Shown here in pieces: positions 41,182 through 50,490 of a stretch of DNA of 64,000 nucleotides; the first letter of the stretch is position 1; every line of letters starts with the position of its first letter. The stretch is taken from assembly GCA_963621665.1 (NCBI GenBank), contig CAVFEZ010000005.1, positions 6,005 through 70,004 of the forward strand. The letters run 5' to 3'. A model generated the notes under the pieces. It was not told where the DNA came from. It ran no database searches and saw nothing but the letters and a program-made list of their open reading frames with translations. Source of the stretch: Akkermansia muciniphila. Lineage in GTDB: Bacteria > Bacteroidota > Bacteroidia > Bacteroidales > Bacteroidaceae. Made by a program: the position numbers and the translations under genes.

Positions 41182-43764
41182 TCAGATTTCCTCGATGACC
41201 GCGGTCTTGAGCCAGCCCTCGCGTCCGTCGGCCAAGCGCACAGCCCGCCAGCCCTTCATGGTATTGTCGGTGATGTCGACACGCGTTCCCTCGTGTATGA
41301 TAAAGGCATCGTTGGCACTGTCGGCGGGCGTCTTCTTGACAGTGACCACCGGTGCGATGACCACCGCCCCATTGCGCTGCTCGAAGGCCCGCTTCTGCTG
41401 CCAGGCAAACACATTGCCAAGCAGGAAGACCACAGCGAGTACGATACTGCCGTAGAAACCGACCTCGCGTACAAGGATACGCTTGCCAAACAGGTACAGC
41501 AACAGAAGTACGCACGCCAAAGTCAGCGCCACAACCGAGAGCGTCGCCCAGGCGTCAACACTCATCGCATTGACAAGCGAGCGGTACCAAGTGACGAAGA
41601 ACATCTCGTTTTGCGGGGTGATCTTGTCGATGGTGCGCGAGGACACAAACTGGAGATTGAACCAGATGTCCTTGTCGCCGGGCGACAGGAGGTGGGCACG
41701 CTCATAGGCAAGGACGGCCTGGGGCAGATTGCCTACCCGATACTGGGCGTTGCCGAGATTGTAGTATACATCGGCACTGACCCCTTGGCGCAACAGTTGG
41801 GTGTAGACCGTCACCGCCTGCTGGTATTCGCCACGCACGTAGGCAGAGTCGCCCTCAGCCTTGGTCACGGCAGATGCGGGAAGTGCCGTCATGAGCATAA
41901 ACAACAGGAGGAGGGACAGCGCACCGGACTTCTTCCGTGAGCGGGCCGCGCGTATGGCGTCTTCGATATCCATAATGGCATTCATGGCCGAGGTGTAGGT
42001 CTTGTTCATGTTTCCTGCCGCATCGCCGGGCGCATACCTTTCGTATTCGCACTCGTCGAGGGCACTGATAAATGTATCGATGGTAGTCTGGCTCACCTGA
42101 TGGCGCGACAGGGCTTCGGCGACATTGTCGCGCGAGAGTTGCTCGACAGGCATATTGAGTTTGTTGCTGACGTATCCCCACAATGCCCGCAGCACCTCGT
42201 CGTAGAACTCGCCCTGCCGTCCGGACTCCATCAGCCGGTGGGCAGCCTTGAGCCGCTTTGTGGCCACCTTGTTGGCACGGCGGCCCTTCATCTTGACGAT
42301 ATCGGCACTGTCGGCGGCATGCTTTCTGAAGACAACCATCAGGATGACAAATACGGCCAAGAGGGAGATGAGCGTCAGGATATAGCGCGTCGAGCCGAAG
42401 TAGAAGTCACCGACATCGTGCAGACGTGACGTTCCTTCATGCAACGGCAATATGTCATTGCGCTGGGCCTGCGAATAGTCGATGACGGCGGAACTCTTGC
42501 CGCTGCCCTTTTCTACAGTGACGGAGATGGGCTGTGTCTGTACCGTCTTGTAGGAAGATGTGGATGTGTCGTAATAGGTCAGTTTGACCGACGGTATAGT
42601 GTAGGTACCCTGGTTGCGCGGCACGACAAGATAGTCGTACACCATGTTGCCCTCGATGCCGTTGGTCGTCAGCCGTGTCTTGTCGGTCACCTTGGGGTCG
42701 TACTTGTCGAAATCCTTGGGGAACTCGACGACGGGCTGCTTGATCAGTTTGAGGTTGCCGACACCGCTCACCACGACACGCAAGGTCAACGGCTCGCCGG
42801 CCTTGGCCGTCTTCGACAAGAGCTGGGCCGTGATGCCGAACCGCCCTACTCCACCGGAGAAACCGGCGGGCTTGGCCGGCAGCGGATCGACCTGTATGGT
42901 CAGTCCGGGAGCGACAATGTCGCGATTGACCTCCACATATCCGGAACCGCCATTGAAGAAGGCCTCGAAGGGATCGACGTTTCTGTTCTGCTGCACAACA
43001 ACGCCCTTGAAGGTGATGCCGGGTATCTTCATCTGTCCCGTCATTTGGGGATACATGACATACTGGCTCCACGTGACACAACGGTAATTGCGGCCGTTGA
43101 CATTCTCTATGTGGAAACTCTTCTGCTGCGGCAGGGGTATCTCCTGGGTATGGAACCCTGCCAGATCGGGCATCTTGCCATTGAGCTGGGTCAGATTGAC
43201 CAACGTGTAGACCTTGTAGGTAAGAAGGATGGGTTCCTGCTCATGGACACGCTTCTTGTTGGCGCTCACCTTCACAAAAAGGTCGCTGCCGGAGATGCGG
43301 CTTCCCGCAGCGCGCATACCGTCGTCCTCACCGTCGTCCTCGTGCATACGCGGCGCACCGTTGCCTCTGCCGGCATTGCCGGAGACAGTGATGCGCACAG
43401 GGCGCGAGGTACAGGCCTTGCCATTGACGACGGCCCTTGCGGCCGGTATAGTGAACGTTCCGTTCTTCTCGGCATAGAGGGTATAGGTATAGGTGACCGA
43501 CGACGAACTGCTGGTATGGCCGTTGACAACCTGAAAACTGGACTGCTGCGACGTGTAGGGCCCGGCGATGACCTCGAGCCCTGACGGTATGTTGCCAGAC
43601 CGGAAGTCTGACACATCGGTTGTATTGATGGTATAGGCTATGCGGAAGTTTTCTCCGACAGCCACATGAGAAGGGGCTGAGACAACAATCTGCTGGGCCT
43701 GGGCGAGTAGCGCAAGGCAACTCAGGAAGCAAGCCACAAGCATGCGTTTCATAATTATCATCAT
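41182..43764 (-). CDS. batD: BatD-BatE fusion protein
   Basis: About 610-aa BatD (signal peptide, Ig-like repeats, TM, CEYERYAP) read through in frame into BatE (TPR YYNLGNAQYR, TMs, SH3-like IHEGTRV...GREGWL). Confidence 0.85.
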   Translation of the reverse strand: MMIIMKRMLVACFLSCLALLAQAQQIVVSAPSHVAVGENFRIAYTINTTDVSDFRSGNIPSGLEVIAGPYTSQQSSFQVVNGHTSSSSSVTYTYTLYAEKNGTFTIPAARAVVNGKACTSRPVRITVSGNAGRGNGAPRMHEDDGEDDGMRAAGSRISGSDLFVKVSANKKRVHEQEPILLTYKVYTLVNLTQLNGKMPDLAGFHTQEIPLPQQKSFHIENVNGRNYRCVTWSQYVMYPQMTGQMKIPGITFKGVVVQQNRNVDPFEAFFNGGSGYVEVNRDIVAPGLTIQVDPLPAKPAGFSGGVGRFGITAQLLSKTAKAGEPLTLRVVVSGVGNLKLIKQPVVEFPKDFDKYDPKVTDKTRLTTNGIEGNMVYDYLVVPRNQGTYTIPSVKLTYYDTSTSSYKTVQTQPISVTVEKGSGKSSAVIDYSQAQRNDILPLHEGTSRLHDVGDFYFGSTRYILTLISLLAVFVILMVVFRKHAADSADIVKMKGRRANKVATKRLKAAHRLMESGRQGEFYDEVLRALWGYVSNKLNMPVEQLSRDNVAEALSRHQVSQTTIDTFISALDECEYERYAPGDAAGNMNKTYTSAMNAIMDIEDAIRAARSRKKSGALSLLLLFMLMTALPASAVTKAEGDSAYVRGEYQQAVTVYTQLLRQGVSADVYYNLGNAQYRVGNLPQAVLAYERAHLLSPGDKDIWFNLQFVSSRTIDKITPQNEMFFVTWYRSLVNAMSVDAWATLSVVALTLACVLLLLYLFGKRILVREVGFYGSIVLAVVFLLGNVFAWQQKRAFEQRNGAVVIAPVVTVKKTPADSANDAFIIHEGTRVDITDNTMKGWRAVRLADGREGWLKTAVIEEI

Positions 43765-43797
43765 GGATTGTAATTAATGCATTATATTAGGACCGGT

Positions 43798-44481
43798 CTA
43801 CCAATTCTTGTCAAGCTTTCTCGGACGGGAGCGGTGCATGGCGTCCTTGACACGCTGCTGCGTGTTTTTCTCGTCCTGCATGGCCGCATTGAGCAGCTGC
43901 TCGGCGTTGTCTTTGCTCATACGCTCTTTGTCTTGCTGCTGCTTGTTCTGCTGCTGCTTGTTCTTGTCCTGGTTCTGCTTGTCCTTATTCTGTTTGTCCT
44001 TGTCTTTGTTCTGCTTGTTCTTGTTCTGGTTGTTGTTCTGGTTGTTGCGCGGGTCGTTTTTCTGCAAGCGCTTGCAAAGGGCAAGGTTATAGCGGGTCTC
44101 GTTGTCAGACGGATTGTTGCGCAGGCTCTCCTTATAGGCATTGATGGCCTCGGCATACATCTTTTTCGTCTGACAGATGACACCGATATTATGATAAGAC
44201 TTGGCCTTGCGCAACTTGCTGGTCTCCAACTGTCCGGCACGCTGGAACTGTTCGACGGCGGCAGAATCCTTGTTCTGCATCATCAGGGCACAGCCGAGAT
44301 TGTATATAGCCTGGGCGTTGCCCGAGTTTTCGGAGACGGCCTTGCGGTATTCCACCTCGGCCTTGGCAAAGTTCTGCTGCCGGAAAAACTTGTTTCCCGA
44401 GCGTATGTATTGTCTGTCGGCCTGTGCTGAAACCGCTACGGCAAGCAGGGTCAACAAATATAGAAGGATGGTTCTTTTCAT
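43798..44481 (-). CDS. batC: BatC TPR protein
   Basis: Signal peptide, TPRs (YNLG, YHNIG, TRYNLA), Q/N/K/D low-complexity linker, terminal KNW. Confidence 0.88.
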   Translation of the reverse strand: MKRTILLYLLTLLAVAVSAQADRQYIRSGNKFFRQQNFAKAEVEYRKAVSENSGNAQAIYNLGCALMMQNKDSAAVEQFQRAGQLETSKLRKAKSYHNIGVICQTKKMYAEAINAYKESLRNNPSDNETRYNLALCKRLQKNDPRNNQNNNQNKNKQNKDKDKQNKDKQNQDKNKQQQNKQQQDKERMSKDNAEQLLNAAMQDEKNTQQRVKDAMHRSRPRKLDKNW

Positions 44482-45506
44482 TTTTCTCCCTTTCTGAACA
44501 AACGGATATTTCTGAAAGCCGGATTCTTGGCCTCGAGAAGGCAAGCCTCAACGACAAGCAATACCAACGCCAGGATGGCAAATGCCTGAAACTGCTCGGC
44601 ATACTCGCTATAGACCACACTTTGGGTCTCGCCCTTCTGCAGTTTTGCCAACTCGCTATTGAGCCGCTCCTGTGCATCATTGGTATTGTCGACATGGATG
44701 TACGTGCCGTTGCCCGCCTGCGCCACTTCGCGGCACATCTGCTCGTTGAGGGCAGACATGACGGTCTGGCCGGCTGCATCACGCATATACTCGCCCTTGC
44801 CCAAGGGTATGGGGGCACCGGAGGTGCTTCCTACGCCAAGGATAAACACATTGATGCCCTTCTTCTTGGCGGCCTTGGCTGCCTCCAACGCACCGCCCTC
44901 ATGGTCTTCGCCATCGGTGATGAGAATGACGGCACGCCCGATCTTCTCCTGTTTCGAAAAACTGCTGCAAGCCAAATCGATGGCACGGGCTATATCGGTA
45001 CCCTGCGTGGAGATAAGAGACGGATTGGCACTCTGGAGAAACATCTTGGCGGAAACGTAGTCGCTCGTGATGGGCAACTGCACAAAGGCATCGCCTGCAA
45101 ACACAATCAAACCAATCTTGTCGTTGGTGAACTTGTCGACGAGGTTCTCCACCAGCATCTTGCTCTTGTCGAGTCGGGAAGGGACGACATCCTGTGCCAA
45201 CATGGAGTTGCTGATATCCAGCGCGATGATGGTCTCTATGCCATTTCGGTTGTCACGGGATATCTTGGAGCCCATCTGCGGACGGGCCAGCACAACAACC
45301 AGAAGGGCATAGGCGGCCGTCACGAGCCAAAACTTCACGGTAGGACGGTAGCGGGAGACCTGCGGCATGAGCTGCCGCAACAAAGCGGGGTCGCCAAAGG
45401 CGCGAAGGCGCTTGCGACGCACACGGAAAGTGATGATGCGGACCAGCATCAGCACCGGGACGGCCAAAAGCAGCCAGAGATATATAGGGTCTTCGAATCT
45501 GAACAT
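44478..45506 (-). CDS. batB: BatB vWA-domain protein
   Basis: LARPQ, MIDAS DISNSM, ITDGE. Confidence 0.9.
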   Translation of the reverse strand: MFRFEDPIYLWLLLAVPVLMLVRIITFRVRRKRLRAFGDPALLRQLMPQVSRYRPTVKFWLVTAAYALLVVVLARPQMGSKISRDNRNGIETIIALDISNSMLAQDVVPSRLDKSKMLVENLVDKFTNDKIGLIVFAGDAFVQLPITSDYVSAKMFLQSANPSLISTQGTDIARAIDLACSSFSKQEKIGRAVILITDGEDHEGGALEAAKAAKKKGINVFILGVGSTSGAPIPLGKGEYMRDAAGQTVMSALNEQMCREVAQAGNGTYIHVDNTNDAQERLNSELAKLQKGETQSVVYSEYAEQFQAFAILALVLLVVEACLLEAKNPAFRNIRLFRKGEK

Positions 45507-45513
45507 GACAATG

Positions 45514-46512
45514 CTAAGGTATACGGCGCAAAACCGTTGTTCTCAATATAATCTCGAAAAGCAACAGGATGACAGCAGCAAGAGCAAAGGGCTGATAGGC
45601 TTCATACCGCTTGGAGAAGCGCTTGACATCCATCTTGGTCTTCTCGAGTTTGTCTATATCTTTGTATATCTGGGCCAACTCCCTGTTGTTGGTGGCACGG
45701 TAAGAACTGGCACCGGTCACAGAGGAGATGTCGGAAAGGGTCTTGGTATCGAGCTCGACAGGCATATTCACATACTGCACACCGCCTGCTACCGGCACAG
45801 GATAGGGGGCGACCTTATTGGTACCTACCGCTATCGTGTAGACTCGTATGCCGAAACTCTGCGCTATCTGCGCGCTGGTCATGGGCGAGATGTCGCCCAT
45901 ATTGTTGCTTCCGTCTGTCAGCAGAATGACAATCTTACTCTTTGCCTTCGAATCTTTCAGGCGCGACACAGCATTGGCCACACCCATACCGATAGCCGTA
46001 CCGTCATGGATGATGTCCTGTGCAGCGATATCGGTGCGGACGCCCTGCAGCAAATTGAGCAACGAGGCATGGTCGGTGGTCATCGGACACTGCATGAAGG
46101 CTTCTCCGGCGAAAATCGTAAGGCCGATATTGTCATTTGGACGGCCGGAGATGAAGTCGGCGGCCACCGCTTTAGCAGCCTCAAGCCGGTTGGGGCGGAG
46201 ATCTTCGGCCAGCATGGATGTAGAAACGTCCATGACCAACATGATGTCGATACCCTCTACCGACTTGTTGTCCCATGAATTGTGGGTTTGAGGACGTGCC
46301 AGTACACATACGACCAGCACATAGACGATACACCGCAAGACCATCGGCAGATGCACAATGCGCATACGCCAACTCTTGGGTACATACCGATAGGCATCGG
46401 TACTGCCCATCCTCATTGTCGGTTCGCTGCTCTTGCGATAAAGCAAGTACCACAATATATAGGGTACAAGCAGAAGGAGCAACACGAAATATCCTTTACT
46501 TGCAAATTCCAT
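45514..46512 (-). CDS. batA: BatA vWA-domain protein
   Basis: LARPQ, DVSTSMLAED..PNRLEAAK, GTAIGMG, LLTDG.NN. Confidence 0.92.
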   Translation of the reverse strand: MEFASKGYFVLLLLLVPYILWYLLYRKSSEPTMRMGSTDAYRYVPKSWRMRIVHLPMVLRCIVYVLVVCVLARPQTHNSWDNKSVEGIDIMLVMDVSTSMLAEDLRPNRLEAAKAVAADFISGRPNDNIGLTIFAGEAFMQCPMTTDHASLLNLLQGVRTDIAAQDIIHDGTAIGMGVANAVSRLKDSKAKSKIVILLTDGSNNMGDISPMTSAQIAQSFGIRVYTIAVGTNKVAPYPVPVAGGVQYVNMPVELDTKTLSDISSVTGASSYRATNNRELAQIYKDIDKLEKTKMDVKRFSKRYEAYQPFALAAVILLLFEIILRTTVLRRIP

Positions 46513-46521
46513 TTCCTAATC

Positions 46522-47610
46522 TTATTCGAGCAACAGATACAAACGATAGGCCGCAAGCGATGCCAGCACGGCTATTGCAATGACGACAACCGTGATGGCC
46601 GTCTTGATGACGGTGCGGTTGCTTTGGGTGCGCTTGTCGTCCGCGCTGAGTTCGGGAACAATGCGCTCCGTGGTCGGCTGGCCTTCGATCTTGGTCTGGT
46701 CTATGAAATTGATGGCGTTGACGAGATTGAGGTCATTCTCGTTGAGAAGCGTAGAATACTTGGCAAACTTCACCAAATCGGCGGTGGTGAACAGTTCCTT
46801 CAGTTCGTCAAGCATCTTCCGGTCGCCCTGCTCCTGCAGGCGGTAGAGTATCTCCGAACTGGTCATTTCCTTGGCACTGAATCCGAAACGTTCCTCGATA
46901 TACTGACGCAAGGCATCAGTCAGTCGGGTATAATACTCCTTTTGGCTTTCCGGAGTGGCAAGATGCTCACTCTTCAGTTTGTCTATCGTATTGAGCGCCT
47001 TTTGGTGGGCAGGCACACGCTTGACGATTCGGATATGTGTGATAATGGGCTTGTTCTGCCGAAGTCTGACCACAAGGTAAAGACATACGACCGAAAGGAC
47101 CAGGACAAAAATGCACATCCACAATACAGGCGACCATTCCGACCAAAAGAAAGGATTGTCCTGCACATCCTTTGGCGGGAAGAACTTGTCGGCATGCAAG
47201 GTATCGACATCTACCGATATCACTTTGAGGGCCAACGTATTGGATGTATAGGGTTTGCCGTCTACCTTGACCTTCACACCGGGGATAGCGTACAGATGTT
47301 CGTCAAAACTGGTCAGCGTATACGAACGCGACACTTTCGTCTGCCCGTCGACATCGGTCTTCTCTTCTGAAGAACAGTCGAGCACCTCAACACCCGGAAC
47401 GATCAACTGACTGCGCTTGTAGGTCGGAAACGTCACACGGGCACCGTTACGCGCCGTCACCTCGACAGTCATCCGCACCTGCTCGCCGATCAGTATCTGC
47501 ACTGAGTCTATCTTCGCCTCGACATGTACCTGCGCCTGCAAGACGACAGCCACAAGCGAGAACAGCAGAAGGGCAATATGTCTTTTCAATAATATCTTAC
47601 TCATTTTCAT
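46522..47610 (-). CDS. Conserved Bat-operon membrane protein
   Basis: Signal peptide, Ig-like domain, TM, YYTRLTDALRQYIE..FG..A.EMTS, ADLVKFAK; sits between DUF58 and batA. Confidence 0.8.
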   Translation of the reverse strand: MKMSKILLKRHIALLLFSLVAVVLQAQVHVEAKIDSVQILIGEQVRMTVEVTARNGARVTFPTYKRSQLIVPGVEVLDCSSEEKTDVDGQTKVSRSYTLTSFDEHLYAIPGVKVKVDGKPYTSNTLALKVISVDVDTLHADKFFPPKDVQDNPFFWSEWSPVLWMCIFVLVLSVVCLYLVVRLRQNKPIITHIRIVKRVPAHQKALNTIDKLKSEHLATPESQKEYYTRLTDALRQYIEERFGFSAKEMTSSEILYRLQEQGDRKMLDELKELFTTADLVKFAKYSTLLNENDLNLVNAINFIDQTKIEGQPTTERIVPELSADDKRTQSNRTVIKTAITVVVIAIAVLASLAAYRLYLLLE

Positions 47611-47621
47611 TCATCATACTA

Positions 47622-48494
47622 TCAAACGCCCCGGGAAGAGAACAGCGCCATCATAGAGCGTACATAATCACCGTTGGTGGCTACCGACACCCAGTCGACA
47701 TTGCTCTTGGCGAAAGTCTGCCGCAGACGTTCCTCACGCATCTGCCAATAGCGGGAGTGGGCCTGCCGTACCTTCTTGGAACTGGTATCGATGAGCATCT
47801 CGTGCCCTGTCTCTGCATCGAGTACCTTCATCAGACCGATGTCGGGCAAGGTCTTGGCACGCTGGTCGTAGACCTGAATTGCCATCACATCATGCTTGCT
47901 GTTGGCAATCTGGAAGGGCTTTTCCATATCCTTGCCGTCATAGAAGTCGCTCAGCACGAAAGCGGTACAACGCCGCTTGACAACACGTGTAAGGTATTCC
48001 ACCGCCATACCCACGTCGGTACGGAGACTCTGCGGCTTGAAATCGATCATTTCGCGGATAATGTACAGAATGTGTTTCCGGCCCTTCTTGGGGGGAATGT
48101 ACTTTTCGATACGGTCAGAGAAGAAGATGACACCTATCTTGTCGTTGTTCTGTATGGCGCTGAACGCTATAGTGGCGGCAATTTCAGCCACCATGTCACG
48201 CTTCATCTGCACAGCAGTACCGAAATCCAGCGACCCCGAGACATCCACAAGCAGCATGACAGTCAGTTCACGCTCTTCCTCATATACCTTAATATAAGGC
48301 CGGCGGAAACGTGCGGTCACATTCCAGTCGATATCGCGGATGTCATCACCGAACTGATACTCGCGCACCTCGGAGAAAGCCATACCACGCCCCTTGAAGG
48401 CCGAATGGTATTGGCCGGCAAAGATGTTTTGGCTCAATCCGCGCGTCTTAATCTCTATCTTGCGGACTTTCTTTAATATATCTGATGTTTCCAC
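47622..48494 (-). CDS. DUF58 protein
   Basis: FKGRGMAFSEVREYQFGDDIRDIDWNVTAR, DVSGS; GTG start. Confidence 0.92.
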   Translation of the reverse strand: METSDILKKVRKIEIKTRGLSQNIFAGQYHSAFKGRGMAFSEVREYQFGDDIRDIDWNVTARFRRPYIKVYEEERELTVMLLVDVSGSLDFGTAVQMKRDMVAEIAATIAFSAIQNNDKIGVIFFSDRIEKYIPPKKGRKHILYIIREMIDFKPQSLRTDVGMAVEYLTRVVKRRCTAFVLSDFYDGKDMEKPFQIANSKHDVMAIQVYDQRAKTLPDIGLMKVLDAETGHEMLIDTSSKKVRQAHSRYWQMREERLRQTFAKSNVDWVSVATNGDYVRSMMALFSSRGV

Positions 48495-48562
48495 GAATTA
48501 CTTGTTTTTTATGTAACACTATTCGTTGTGTACAGCAAAAGCGGCACACGGAGGTGGCTACA

Positions 48563-49558
48563 TCAGGGTACCTCAACCTTGTTGATTATCTTGGAAACAA
48601 TTTCCTCGCTGGTCACATTGCTGGCTTCTGCCTCATAGGAAAGACCTATACGGTGGCGCATCACGTCATGGGCAACCGCACGCACATCTTCAGGCACTAC
48701 ATAGCCTCTGCGCTTGATGAAAGCGTAGGCACGGGCTGCCTTTGCCAGATTGATGCTTGCACGGGGAGAACCGCCGTAGGTGATCATGTCCTTGAGTTCC
48801 GGCAAACCGTAGCGCTCGGGGTAGCGGGAAGCGAAGACGATATCGGCAATATACTGTTCGATCTTCTCATCGATATATACTTCGCGTACCACCTTGCGGG
48901 CGTTGAGTATTTCTTCTGCCGTAGTCACGGGAGTAACTGCAGGAAGACTGCCGGCGAGATTTTCGCGGATAATCAGTTTTTCCTCTTCAAGCGACGGATA
49001 ACCGATGATGACCTTCAGCATAAAACGGTCGACCTGTGCCTCGGGCAACTGGTAGGTACCCTCCTGCTCGATGGGGTTCTGGGTAGCCATCACAAGGAAT
49101 GGATTGGGAAGGGCAAATGTCTTCTCCCCGATGGTAACCTGATGCTCCTGCATGGCCTCAAGCAGAGCGCTCTGCACCTTTGCCGGGGCACGGTTTATCT
49201 CATCGGCCAAAACGAAATTAGCAAATACGGGACCTTTCTTCACATGGAAGCCTTCATCCTTCTGTGAATAGACGAGCGTACCGATGACATCGGCCGGAAG
49301 GAGATCGGGAGTAAACTGTATTCTGCTAAAATCGGCATCAATAAGTTGTGACAAAGTTTTGATGGCCAATGTCTTGGCCAGACCGGGGACACCTTCGAGC
49401 AAAATATGTCCGTCACTCAGAAGGGAAATGAGCAAAGAGTCAACCAAGTGACGCTGCCCCACAATCACGCGGTTCATTCCCGTCACGAGATTGGTGATAA
49501 AACCGCTTTGCTGTTCTATCCGAATGTTCAGTTCCCGGATATCAATAGATTCTGCCAT
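48563..49558 (-). CDS. MoxR family AAA+ ATPase
   Basis: EGVPGLAKT, RIQFTPDLLPAD, DEINRAPAKVQSALLEAM, TQNPIEQEGTY, GSPRAS. Confidence 0.95.
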   Translation of the reverse strand: MAESIDIRELNIRIEQQSGFITNLVTGMNRVIVGQRHLVDSLLISLLSDGHILLEGVPGLAKTLAIKTLSQLIDADFSRIQFTPDLLPADVIGTLVYSQKDEGFHVKKGPVFANFVLADEINRAPAKVQSALLEAMQEHQVTIGEKTFALPNPFLVMATQNPIEQEGTYQLPEAQVDRFMLKVIIGYPSLEEEKLIIRENLAGSLPAVTPVTTAEEILNARKVVREVYIDEKIEQYIADIVFASRYPERYGLPELKDMITYGGSPRASINLAKAARAYAFIKRRGYVVPEDVRAVAHDVMRHRIGLSYEAEASNVTSEEIVSKIINKVEVP

Positions 49559-49582
49559 TGTTCTGCGTATTAAAATTTATCG

Positions 49583-49590
49583 CAAAATTA
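49583..49590 (-). promoter_or_regulatory. -7 promoter element for the moxR-bat operon
   Basis: TAATTTTG on the - strand 25 nt upstream of the moxR ATG. Confidence 0.6.
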
Positions 49591-49702
49591 CAACATAAAA
49601 AACGAGGAGTCGGTGCACAGCGGTCTAAATTATATTAAAAAGTCTCTAAAACTGAATATTTTAAGAACATTTATAGAGGACACAAAAGGTGTTTTACGCA
49701 GG

Positions 49703-49744
49703 TTGGCATAAGGCGGCATCTGACGGAAGCCCGCCATACGCCAA
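49703..49744 (-). terminator. Probable hairpin terminator after maf
   Basis: TTGGCGTATGGCGG...CCGCCTTATGCCAA imperfect stem on the - strand; weak U tract. Confidence 0.5.
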
Positions 49745-49750
49745 ATCTTT

Positions 49751-50347
49751 TCAGCCACGCAAAGCACTGAGTTTCAATCCAAATTCGGTTGTCAGTTCTT
49801 CATATATACGCTGTACGGGAAGTCCCATCACATTGAAATAACTGCCTTTCAGCGCCGTGACACCGACATACCCGATCCACTCCTGTATGCCGTAGGCACC
49901 GGCCTTGTCGAATGGATGATAATGATTGATATAGTAATCGATTTCATCATCGGCAAGCATTTTGAAGGTCACTTCGGAAACGACGGAGAAGACCCGTTGT
50001 TTGTCGGGAGTCGTCAGACAAACGCCTGTCACCACCTCATGCGACCGCCCGCTGATGAGCCGCAACATCCGTCGGGCATCAGCGGCATCTGCCGGTTTGC
50101 CCAAGATTTGATTGTCGACGATGACCACCGTATCGGCCGTCACCAGGAGTTCGTCGCACGTGATATCGTAGGCCGCAGCTTTCTCTCGGGCAATATACGC
50201 CGGGACATCGGCGGCTGGCAAATTCTCCGGATAGGACTCGCTGACTCCCTTCATCACCCGCACTTCGAAATCGATGCCGAGACCAGCCATCAACTCGCGG
50301 CGACGGGGGGAATTGCTGGCCAACACGTACTTATACTGTTTTGTCAT
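49751..50347 (-). CDS. maf: Maf/YhdE nucleotide pyrophosphatase
   Basis: LASNSPRRRELM, ADTVV, GKP, DKAGAYGIQ, NVMGLP. Confidence 0.93.
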   Translation of the reverse strand: MTKQYKYVLASNSPRRRELMAGLGIDFEVRVMKGVSESYPENLPAADVPAYIAREKAAAYDITCDELLVTADTVVIVDNQILGKPADAADARRMLRLISGRSHEVVTGVCLTTPDKQRVFSVVSEVTFKMLADDEIDYYINHYHPFDKAGAYGIQEWIGYVGVTALKGSYFNVMGLPVQRIYEELTTEFGLKLSALRG

Positions 50348-50355
50348 TTTTGCAA

Positions 50356-50456
50356 CAAAGGTAAACAGATTTGCCCGAACCACGCCGCACAAGTCTCACA
50401 TTTTAATAAAATAACGCACGGAAGTCCCCGACTTTCACGTATTTTTCTTATTTTTG
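50356..50456. promoter_or_regulatory. Divergent promoter pair (maf on -, tubulin/actin operon on +)
   Basis: TACCTTTG on - at 50356-50363; TATTTTTG on + at 50449-50456. Confidence 0.6.
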
Positions 50457-50490
50457 CAACCATATCAAGAGACAACACGTCACACTAAAT

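Noticed and set aside
38916..41940. 523-aa and 492-aa + strand ORFs
   Set aside because: Antisense shadows of queA, PAP2 and batE in a GC-rich region.
43925..44050. Low-complexity repeats in batC
   Set aside because: Encodes the usual Q/N/K/D-rich BatC linker.
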